Positions 1-6,935 of a stretch of 49,655 nucleotides of DNA are shown piece by piece; the stretch's first letter is position 1, and every line of letters begins with the position of its first letter. The notes under the pieces are model-generated. The model had not been told where the DNA came from and made no database searches. It saw only the letters and a list, made by a program, of their open reading frames with translations. This DNA comes from Bacillota bacterium (lineage in GTDB: Bacteria > Bacillota_I > Bacilli_A > Izemoplasmatales > Hujiaoplasmataceae), in NCBI GenBank assembly GCA_022710895.1, contig JAKLGB010000001.1, positions 17,446-67,100 on the forward strand, in the 5' to 3' direction. The translations under genes were made by a program, and so were the position numbers.

Positions 1-153
1 GCTGCAGTCGTCGATTTTCCGCAGAGTCAGGTGATCGCGGTAAATCGTCCCTTCGAACGCATAGCCGATATCGACCAGCGCCTCTTCTTTCGAAACCTTT
101 AAAACTTTTCCGGCGACAACGTCCCCGACTTTCAAATCTTTGATTTCATCCAT
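1..153 (-). CDS. rpsA: 30S ribosomal protein S1-like, N-terminal fragment (runs off window edge)
   Basis: Minus-strand ATG at 151-153. The translation MDEIKDLKVGDVVAGKVLKVSKEEALVDIGYAFEGTIYRDHL looks like the start of an S1 OB-fold. It begins 3 nt after the cmk stop (common cmk-rpsA order). It is absent from the ORF track because the window truncates it. Confidence 0.6.
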   Translation of the reverse strand, partial: MDEIKDLKVGDVVAGKVLKVSKEEALVDIGYAFEGTIYRDHLTLRKIDDCS

Positions 154-156
154 AGC

Positions 157-828
157 CTATTCGCTCCTTTTCGCATCGATGATCATCATGAATTGCCGAT
201 ATATTTGTTCCGACACCTGTTCGATGTCCAGGTGAGAAGTATCCAAGTACACTGCATCCTCCGCTTGACGGAGGGGGTTGTAGGCCCGGGAAGAATCGAT
301 TTTATCCCGGCGCTCGATGTCTTTTTGAATTTTCTGGTAATCGCTTTCGATTCCGTTGGCAAGATTTTCTTCGTGACGCCGTCGGGCACGCTCTTCCACC
401 GAAGCGGTCATATAAATTTTAAGGTCGGCTTGCGGAAGGACGATGGTGCCGATGTCGCGGCCGTCCATCACCACATTGTCGTCTTGAGCGATTTTCTGCT
501 GAATGGCAACCAGTTTGTTGCGGACGGGGATATGACTGGCGACCACCGAGACGTTATTGGATACCGAATGGGTTCGGATCTTCTCGGAGACATCCTCTCC
601 ATCCATGAAGAGGATTCCGTCACGGAAAGTCATCGGGGTGGAGTCAAGGAATCCGAACGCCTCAGGATCATCAAGATCAACCTTGAGTCGGAGGGCTTTG
701 TATGTGGTTGCACGGTACATTGCCCCGGTGTCGATGTAGGTGTATCCGAGCTTTTTGGCGAGAATTTTCGCCACGGTCGATTTACCCGCGCCTGCCGGGC
801 CGTCGATCGCCAAAGCGTGATGGTTCAT
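157..828 (-). CDS. cmk: cytidylate kinase
   Basis: MNHHALAIDGPAGAGKSTVAKILAKKLGYTYIDTGAMYRA carries a P-loop and the typical Cmk N-terminus. ATG at 828 has a GAGGGG SD 7 nt upstream; the ORF-track start at 843 is a TTG inside that SD region. Confidence 0.95.
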   Translation of the reverse strand: MNHHALAIDGPAGAGKSTVAKILAKKLGYTYIDTGAMYRATTYKALRLKVDLDDPEAFGFLDSTPMTFRDGILFMDGEDVSEKIRTHSVSNNVSVVASHIPVRNKLVAIQQKIAQDDNVVMDGRDIGTIVLPQADLKIYMTASVEERARRRHEENLANGIESDYQKIQKDIERRDKIDSSRAYNPLRQAEDAVYLDTSHLDIEQVSEQIYRQFMMIIDAKRSE

Positions 829-851
829 CGTATCGCCCCTCAACTTTTTAC

Positions 852-860
852 ATTATACCA
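852..860 (-). promoter_or_regulatory. extended -10 promoter element (TGGTATAAT) upstream of cmk
   Basis: Minus strand reads TGgTATAAT about 24 nt upstream of the cmk ATG. There is no good -35. Confidence 0.4.
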
Positions 861-895
861 TATCTTCCCAAAAAGCGACCCCATAAAAAGCAAAA

Positions 896-1630
896 TTATC
901 GCTCTGGGTTCCCGAAACGGGAGAGATTCCAAAGTTGCTTGATTTCATGCGGTTTCAACCGTCGGTATTCTCCGGGGGAGAGTCCTTCGCAGGTCAGAGT
1001 TCCAAAGCGGATCCGGGAGAGTTTGATCACCGGATGACCGACGATTTCGAACATCCGTTTGATCTGATGGTACTTGCCTTCTTCAATGATGATTTTGAGA
1101 GAGGTTGAGGTTTTGGCTTGATCGTACCGCACCGAAAGGATTCGGCAGGGAAGGGTATGGAAATCCTCAACATCCAATCCGCGTCCGATTCGGGCGGATT
1201 CTTCCTTACGAAGAAGGCCTTCGACCTTGACGGAATATTCTTTTTCAACGTGATGTCGCGGGTGGATCAAGGCGTTCATGAAATCCCCATCGTTTGTCAA
1301 AATCAAGGCGCCGGTGGTATCGTAGTCCAACCGACCGACAGGGAATATGCGTTTGTCGGTATCAATCAAATCCACGACGGTTTTTCGGTTTTTGTCGTCG
1401 GCGGTCGTCGTGACCACCCCGGCGGGTTTGTTAAGGAGAAAATAGACTTTTTCCTCTGGGGCGGGAAGCGGGCGTCCGTCGATTTCAATTCGATCGGAAG
1501 GCTCAACGGGATGGCTGGGACGGGATATGGTTTCCCCGTTGACTTTGACGCGGCCTTGGAGAATCCATTCCTCCGCCGTCCTCCGGGAAGCCGCTCCGGA
1601 GGCGGCAATGATTTTCTGAATCCGTTCCAT
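896..1630 (-). CDS. rluB: 23S rRNA pseudouridine synthase, RluB/RsuA family (S4 domain + PseudoU_synth_2)
   Basis: N-terminal S4 motif MERIQKIIAASGAASRRTAEEWILQGRVKVNG, catalytic-loop region PVGRLDYDTTGALILTNDG, and C-terminal KYHQIKRMF. Confidence 0.9.
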   Translation of the reverse strand: MERIQKIIAASGAASRRTAEEWILQGRVKVNGETISRPSHPVEPSDRIEIDGRPLPAPEEKVYFLLNKPAGVVTTTADDKNRKTVVDLIDTDKRIFPVGRLDYDTTGALILTNDGDFMNALIHPRHHVEKEYSVKVEGLLRKEESARIGRGLDVEDFHTLPCRILSVRYDQAKTSTSLKIIIEEGKYHQIKRMFEIVGHPVIKLSRIRFGTLTCEGLSPGEYRRLKPHEIKQLWNLSRFGNPER

Positions 1631-1663
1631 GCGGCACTTCCTTTCGGAGACGATTCATTCTTT

Positions 1664-1694
1664 GAAAAAAGCGGGCATAAGTTCCTATCCCGCT
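1664..1694 (-). terminator. possible intrinsic terminator after the CNNM/TlyC gene
   Basis: Minus strand reads AGCGGG-12 nt loop-CCCGCT followed by TTTTTT. The stem is short and the loop large. Confidence 0.45.
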
Positions 1695-1699
1695 CGATT

Positions 1700-3085
1700 T
1701 TACGGTTCTTGGGCTTCGGTTGTGTCTTTGGTCCGGACATCGACGGTCAGAAGAACGGCTTTGATCCGCCGTTTTTTGACTTTGAGGATTTCAAAGGACA
1801 AAGTTTCGGTGTCTTCCCCGATTAATTCGGAAAGATCGTTAAATACTTGGTTGACTGATTGTTGATATTCGATTTTTTCGCCGACTTCGGGGATGTCTTG
1901 GAACTGTTCAAATAACCAGCCCCCCACCGATGTCGCCTCGCTCACCGGGCATTCGCCCAGGTTCAATTCTTCAAATAGGCTCTTTAAATCGAAATCGGCA
2001 TCGACGACATAGCGGTTTTCTCCGCGTTTGATGATGCTTTGGGCCACTTCGTCGTGTTCGTCGTAGATTTCGCCCACCAGTTCTTCCAAAGCATCTTCCA
2101 TCGTGACGATGCCATCGACCCCCCCATATTCATCGACGACGATGGCGATATGGCTGTTTTCGATCTGCAGTGTTTCAATCAAGGAATCGACACGGGTAGT
2201 GGCGGGAACGAAGAGCGGTTTCTTAAGGATCTTGCGGACGTTGACATGCTGCCCTTTGATCAATTTGGTGAAATAATCCCGTTCATAGAGGATGCCGATG
2301 ATGTTATCGGAGGTTTCTTCATAGACGGGAATCCGGGAATACTTGTGTTTGAAGAACATCTCGGTGATGGCATTCACGTCCTTGTTCACTTCGATGGCGA
2401 CCATATCGACCCGCGGGGTCATGATCTCTTCGACCGTGATATCCGAAAGATTCAGGACCCGCTGAAGCATGTCGGCTTCTTCCTCATCGATCGATCCTTC
2501 TTCTTCCATCGTGTCGATGATCGTTTCCAGTTCATCTTCGGTTACGGTCGGCTTTTGTTCCGTTTCCACGGCATTGATGACCCGACGGTTGAGTTTGCGG
2601 AACAAAAAGGTCAACGGGGACATCACTTTGATTAAAAAATAGAGGAACCCGCTGATTTTCAAGGCGATCTTTTCCGGATTGTTCTTGGCCAGAGATTTCG
2701 GAAGAATTTCCCCGAACGTGAGGATGATGACAGTCATGACGACCGTGTTCAAAAGCGTGACGATCGTTTGTGCGTTGGGAAGGGATTGGAAAAAGGCACT
2801 AAAAAAGACAACGCTGACGCTGGTGAGAGCGATGTTGGCCAAATTGTTGCCAACGAGAATGGTCGTCAACATCCGGTCGAAGTTTTCGGCGATCCAGTTG
2901 GCTTTTTTAGAACCCGGGGCCCCTTGTTCGACGAGGGTTTTCATTCGAACCTTTCCGACAGCGGAATAAGCCATTTCCGTCATCGAGAAAAAGGCGGAGG
3001 CCACCAAAAGCCCCAGCATCAACAACAAAAGGAGCGGTTGAAATGTCAACGCTCCGAAACTAGGTCGTATCAGACTACTGTCCAA
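1700..3085 (-). CDS. hemolysin-family/CNNM membrane protein (DUF21 TM domain + CBS pair + CorC_HlyC)
   Basis: N-terminal TM region with SAFFSMTEMAY (DUF21), a CBS-pair region (ITVEEIMTPRVDMV, RIPVYEE), and a C-terminal CorC/HlyC-like transporter-associated domain. The start is TTG at 3085 with an AGGGAG upstream. Confidence 0.85.
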   Translation of the reverse strand: MDSSLIRPSFGALTFQPLLLLLMLGLLVASAFFSMTEMAYSAVGKVRMKTLVEQGAPGSKKANWIAENFDRMLTTILVGNNLANIALTSVSVVFFSAFFQSLPNAQTIVTLLNTVVMTVIILTFGEILPKSLAKNNPEKIALKISGFLYFLIKVMSPLTFLFRKLNRRVINAVETEQKPTVTEDELETIIDTMEEEGSIDEEEADMLQRVLNLSDITVEEIMTPRVDMVAIEVNKDVNAITEMFFKHKYSRIPVYEETSDNIIGILYERDYFTKLIKGQHVNVRKILKKPLFVPATTRVDSLIETLQIENSHIAIVVDEYGGVDGIVTMEDALEELVGEIYDEHDEVAQSIIKRGENRYVVDADFDLKSLFEELNLGECPVSEATSVGGWLFEQFQDIPEVGEKIEYQQSVNQVFNDLSELIGEDTETLSFEILKVKKRRIKAVLLTVDVRTKDTTEAQEP

Positions 3086-3109
3086 AATGAGATCACTCCC
3101 TGATGTTGG

Positions 3110-3673
3110 TTATTGTTTGGCCCGGGAATCATATTTCCCGGTGGAAGTGGAAACCACGATTTTCTCGCCGTTCTTGATAAACAGCGGAACCAGCAATTTG
3201 AATCCCGTGTTGGTCAAAGCTTCTTTTTGCGCATTGGAGGCCGTGTTCCCGCGGGCGTCTCCTGCGGTTTCGATGATTTCCAATTCGACTTTGTCCGGCA
3301 GTTCCAAACCCAAAATTTCTTCACCATAGGACATGACGGTCACCATCATTCCTTCGGTCAAAAAGTTCAGTTCGTTTTCGATCCGCGATTTGTCGAGTTC
3401 GATTTGCTCATAGGTTTCCATGTTCATGAAAACATGCATATCCCCCGAAGCGTACAAATACTGCATCTGCGATTTCACGACTTCGGCGGTGTCGATATTG
3501 ATTCCGCCGTTAAAGTTCTTGTAAATGACCGTTCCGGTCCGAAGGTTGCGGAGTTTGGTCTGCATGATGGCCCCGGCTTTAGCCGTCTTCATGTGCTGGA
3601 ATTCGATGACCTGATAAATGTTCCCGTCAAACTGGATGGTCATTCCGTTGCGGATTTCGTTGGTGTTGATCAT
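3110..3673 (-). CDS. efp: elongation factor P (divergent loop)
   Basis: MINTNEIRNGMTIQFDGNIYQVIEFQH..KLRNLRTG..MQYLY..HVFM..ETYEQ and the C-terminal OB domains are colinear with EF-P. ATG has an AGAGGGA SD. Confidence 0.9.
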   Translation of the reverse strand: MINTNEIRNGMTIQFDGNIYQVIEFQHMKTAKAGAIMQTKLRNLRTGTVIYKNFNGGINIDTAEVVKSQMQYLYASGDMHVFMNMETYEQIELDKSRIENELNFLTEGMMVTVMSYGEEILGLELPDKVELEIIETAGDARGNTASNAQKEALTNTGFKLLVPLFIKNGEKIVVSTSTGKYDSRAKQ

Positions 3674-3724
3674 GGCGTTTCCCTCTCTTGAAAATCAAAA
3701 ATATCTTAAAAGAATTACATTAGT

Positions 3725-3753
3725 ATTATATTACAAAAAATGGCGATTGACAA
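3725..3753 (-). promoter_or_regulatory. sigma-A type promoter for efp (TTGTCA-17-TATAAT)
   Basis: Minus strand reads TTGTCA atcgccattttttgtaa TATAAT. The -10 lies at 3725-3730 and the -35 at 3748-3753. Confidence 0.65.
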
Positions 3754-3775
3754 TAAAAATCATATCCTCTATAAT
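3747..3775 (+). promoter_or_regulatory. consensus sigma-A promoter for the rhodanese-like gene (TTGACA-17-TATAAT)
   Basis: Plus strand has TTGACA (3747-3752), a 17-nt spacer and TATAAT (3770-3775). Its -35 overlaps the efp -35 on the other strand. Confidence 0.75.
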
Positions 3776-3810
3776 TATGGATAGTCATTTCGGGCAAGGA
3801 GTGAGTGCAG

Positions 3811-4212
3811 ATGTTTTTGGAGACGAATATTTGGAATTGGGTTTGGCCAATCGTTTTGGGTCTCTTGGTGGGTGTTTTGTTGGCGGGTCGAAAAAATGTC
3901 GACTATTCAAAAATCGTCCGCCTCAAACCGGAAGAATTCCGACAAAACATGCGTAAAGGTCAATTGATCGACATCCGAACCGAAACCCAGCATGATACCC
4001 GTCGCATCAGCGGTTCGCGCAATTTTCCGAAGATGAGCGCTTTTCAGAACCTATCGAAACTGCGCACCGACCTGGCTGTCTTCGTCTATGACGAGACCGA
4101 CTCGGGACTTCTCCGCCGGTTTTCCAAAAAGCTGATCCGTAAGGGGTTCGTTCGGGTTTACTGTCTGCAGGGCGGATTGAAACAATGGCCTTTCAACCTC
4201 AAGGAAGAATAA
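3811..4212 (+). CDS. membrane-anchored rhodanese-homology-domain protein (no active-site Cys in the loop)
   Basis: One N-terminal TM helix (WNWVWPIVLGLLVGVLLAG), then a rhodanese fold (LIDIRT..RISGSRNFP..VYCLQGGLKQW). ATG at 3811 has an AAGGAG SD 9 nt upstream; the GTG at 3805 is too close to the SD. The loop where CxxxxxR is expected reads FVYDETDSG. Confidence 0.8.
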   Translation: MFLETNIWNWVWPIVLGLLVGVLLAGRKNVDYSKIVRLKPEEFRQNMRKGQLIDIRTETQHDTRRISGSRNFPKMSAFQNLSKLRTDLAVFVYDETDSGLLRRFSKKLIRKGFVRVYCLQGGLKQWPFNLKEE

Positions 4213-4240
4213 AAAAATGTCGGTCGTCCGACATTTTTTA
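4211..4240. terminator. bidirectional intrinsic terminator between the convergent rhodanese-like gene and miaA
   Basis: AAAAAAATGTCGG-tcgt-CCGACATTTTTTA: a perfect hairpin flanked by an A-run and a T-run. Confidence 0.8.
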
Positions 4241-5146
4241 TTTTCCCAAGTGGGGGTCCAAAAAGGCGGTGACGTCCGAGAGGGTTCGGGAAAAATTGGC
4301 AAGATCGCTCTCGAACCACTGGACATTCATTTGATTGCGAAACCAAGTCATTTGTCGCTTAGCATATCGATGGGAAGCGATTTTGATGGCTTCAACGGCC
4401 GATTCCAAAGTACATTTCCCATCAAAAAATGAATACAATTCCTTATATCCGATCGCTGCCAAAGCTTGACCGCGAATATTTCGGTCGTAGAGGGTCCGAA
4501 CCTCCTCGATCAATCCCCGTTGCAGCATGGCATCCACGCGTTCGTCGATGCGACGAACCAATTCTTCTCGGGGAGCGTAGAGACCGACCGGAAGCGCATC
4601 CGGATAATAGAGACGATCGGCGGTTTCGGAGCGTTGGGTTCCCGTCGCTTCCGCCAACTCCAACAGACGGATGATTCTTTTTCGGTTGTTCGGATGATTG
4701 ATTGCGGCCGCATCCGGGTCTTTCGTTTTCAAAATTTCGAAGAGTTCTCCGTTCGACAGTTGCTCGTAAAACTCCGTCGATCGACGATTTCTTTTTTCTC
4801 CTTCAAACCGATAATCGTATAGAACCGAACGGATGTAGAGCCCCGACCCCCCGACAAGAATCGGAAGGACACCACGGTTGCGAAGATCATCGATGGCACC
4901 GCGCACCATGGTTTGATATTCGGCCGCGGAAAAGTCGGCTTCGGGATCGAGGATGTCGATCAGGTGATGGGAAACGCCTTCACGGTCCGAAACCGGAAGT
5001 TTGGCGGTGCCGATGTCAAATCCTCGATAAAACTGCATCGCATCGGCAGAAATGATTTCTCCCCCATACCGGTGGGCGAGGGCCAGCGACAAGGTGGTTT
5101 TTCCGACGGCGGTCGGACCGACAATCGCCACGATCGGTTTCATCAT
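4238..5146 (-). CDS. miaA: tRNA dimethylallyltransferase
   Basis: MMKPIVAIVGPTAVGKTTLSLALA P-loop start, plus ISADAMQFYRGFDIGTAK and GGSGLY. ATG at 5146 overlaps the mutL TGA (CTATGATGA). The longer ORF-track N-terminus lies inside mutL. Confidence 0.92.
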   Translation of the reverse strand: MMKPIVAIVGPTAVGKTTLSLALAHRYGGEIISADAMQFYRGFDIGTAKLPVSDREGVSHHLIDILDPEADFSAAEYQTMVRGAIDDLRNRGVLPILVGGSGLYIRSVLYDYRFEGEKRNRRSTEFYEQLSNGELFEILKTKDPDAAAINHPNNRKRIIRLLELAEATGTQRSETADRLYYPDALPVGLYAPREELVRRIDERVDAMLQRGLIEEVRTLYDRNIRGQALAAIGYKELYSFFDGKCTLESAVEAIKIASHRYAKRQMTWFRNQMNVQWFESDLANFSRTLSDVTAFLDPHLGK

Positions 5147-6897
5147 AGGACCCTTCGAAACCATTTTTCGATATCCGTGTGAGCGATCTTGATGACCGCC
5201 GGCCGGCCGTGCGGACAGGTGTAGGGGTTGTCGCATCGGCGCAGGTCCGCCACCAATGTCGAAATTTCCTCCGAATTCAAATAATGGTTGGCTTTGATTG
5301 AATGTTTGCACGCCAACAGTTTGGCCAATTCGTCGCGAACTTCGGCGACACGCAGGTCTTTTCCCGATAATACCGTTCGGATCACCGTTTCCGCGTAAAG
5401 TTCTTCCATCCCGGAAGGAAACCAAGCGGGAACCGATCGCAAGAAAAACGATTGGGGTCCGGAGGGAGAGAGGTTTATACCGAATTCGGCCAAAAGGTCC
5501 CCTTTTTGGACGATTTCCATCGCTTCTCCCAAAGAAAAATCAAGATTAAAGGGGACAAGCAGATCGTAATATTGCCGTTGGGGATCGGCCATTTTGCGAA
5601 GGTATCGTTCATAACGAATCCGTTCCGCCGCTGCATGTTGGTCCATCAGATAGAGGGCTTCTTCGTTTTGAAAAAGAAGATAGGTTCCGGCATATTGACC
5701 CAAAAACGACCATTCGGGAAGCGGATCAAATCCTCGGATTTCCGAACGGTTTTCTTCGACTTGGATGATGAGATCCCGCGGGCTTTCATCGACCCGATCG
5801 GCAGAGATTTCCGCAAAGGGTTCCGCGGGACGTTCCGCAGTTTCAAAACGAAGCCTTCCCTGAATGGGATCCCATCCTTCCGATTTGGAAAGGGGGACTT
5901 CCTGGATCAGCGAAAAATCTTCCAAACGTTTTCGAAGAACGGAGACGATCTGGGCGAAAAGTTTGGTTTCTTCGGAGAATTTGATTTCCAGTTTGGTGGG
6001 ATGGACATTGACATCGATCAACATCGGATCGCATTGGATTTCCAACAAGGCGATCGGATAACGACCTTTGGGAATCCGCTGGTCAAATGCCTCGATGACG
6101 GCTGCCACCAGCCGGGGATTGCGAATGACACGTCCGTTGGTGATTAAGGTTACGTAACTTTTCGCGCTGCGATTGACCAAGGGATTGGCCAACACTCCGG
6201 AAAGCCGGTACTCTGGCCCTTCTCCGTGGAAAGGCAACATCATTTTCGCCACGCCGTATCCATAAAGTTCACCCAAGACTTCGATCTTGTTGCCGTTTCC
6301 GTTGGTTTTCAAAAGGTCTTTTCCATCGTGCTGGAGACGAAAAGCGACTTCCGGGTGAGCCAAGGCGAATTTGCCGACCATATCGGTGATAACCGCAGTT
6401 TCGGGAATCGGTCCTTTGAAATATTTGAGTCGGGCGGGGGTGTTGTAGAAGAGTTTGGTGACTGAAACCGCGGTTCCTTTTCGCGCTGAGGCGAATCCGG
6501 ATTCGATCTTTTTTCCGGCTTGGAAAACCACGCGAAACCCCGCGTCGATGCCTTTTGAAGTCGTCAGTTCGACGCGCGCTATGGCCGCCATCGAGGGCAA
6601 GGCTTCTCCGCGGAATCCGAGGGAACGGATCCGAAATAAATCCCGTTCTGTTTTGATTTTGGATGTGGCATGACGCTCAAACGCCAACTCCGCGTCCTCC
6701 GCATCCATGCCGTTACCATCATCGGAAACGGAGATTCCTTGAAGGCCGCCTTCTTTCAAGATGATATCAATACGGGAAGCCTCGGCGTCCAAGGCGTTTT
6801 CGACAAGTTCCTTGACGACGTTCGCCGGCCGTTCAATGACTTCCCCGGCGGCGATCATATTTGCCAAATGTTCATTCAGTCGGACGATGTTGCCCAT
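5143..6897 (-). CDS. mutL: DNA mismatch repair endonuclease MutL
   Basis: GHKL ATPase motifs (IAAGEVIERPANVVKELVENALDA, DDGNGM). Endonuclease motifs DQHAAAERIRYE, ACKHSIKAN and CPHGRP are also present. Confidence 0.95.
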   Translation of the reverse strand: MGNIVRLNEHLANMIAAGEVIERPANVVKELVENALDAEASRIDIILKEGGLQGISVSDDGNGMDAEDAELAFERHATSKIKTERDLFRIRSLGFRGEALPSMAAIARVELTTSKGIDAGFRVVFQAGKKIESGFASARKGTAVSVTKLFYNTPARLKYFKGPIPETAVITDMVGKFALAHPEVAFRLQHDGKDLLKTNGNGNKIEVLGELYGYGVAKMMLPFHGEGPEYRLSGVLANPLVNRSAKSYVTLITNGRVIRNPRLVAAVIEAFDQRIPKGRYPIALLEIQCDPMLIDVNVHPTKLEIKFSEETKLFAQIVSVLRKRLEDFSLIQEVPLSKSEGWDPIQGRLRFETAERPAEPFAEISADRVDESPRDLIIQVEENRSEIRGFDPLPEWSFLGQYAGTYLLFQNEEALYLMDQHAAAERIRYERYLRKMADPQRQYYDLLVPFNLDFSLGEAMEIVQKGDLLAEFGINLSPSGPQSFFLRSVPAWFPSGMEELYAETVIRTVLSGKDLRVAEVRDELAKLLACKHSIKANHYLNSEEISTLVADLRRCDNPYTCPHGRPAVIKIAHTDIEKWFRRVL

Positions 6898-6935
6898 CGA
6901 TTCACCTTCTTTCTCCGTAAAAACGGCAAGGGACC

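Noticed and set aside
5147-5425. N-terminal 93-aa extension of the miaA ORF
   Set aside because: It lies inside the mutL coding region in another frame. The conserved MiaA P-loop start MMKPIVAIVGPT begins at the ATG overlapping the mutL stop.
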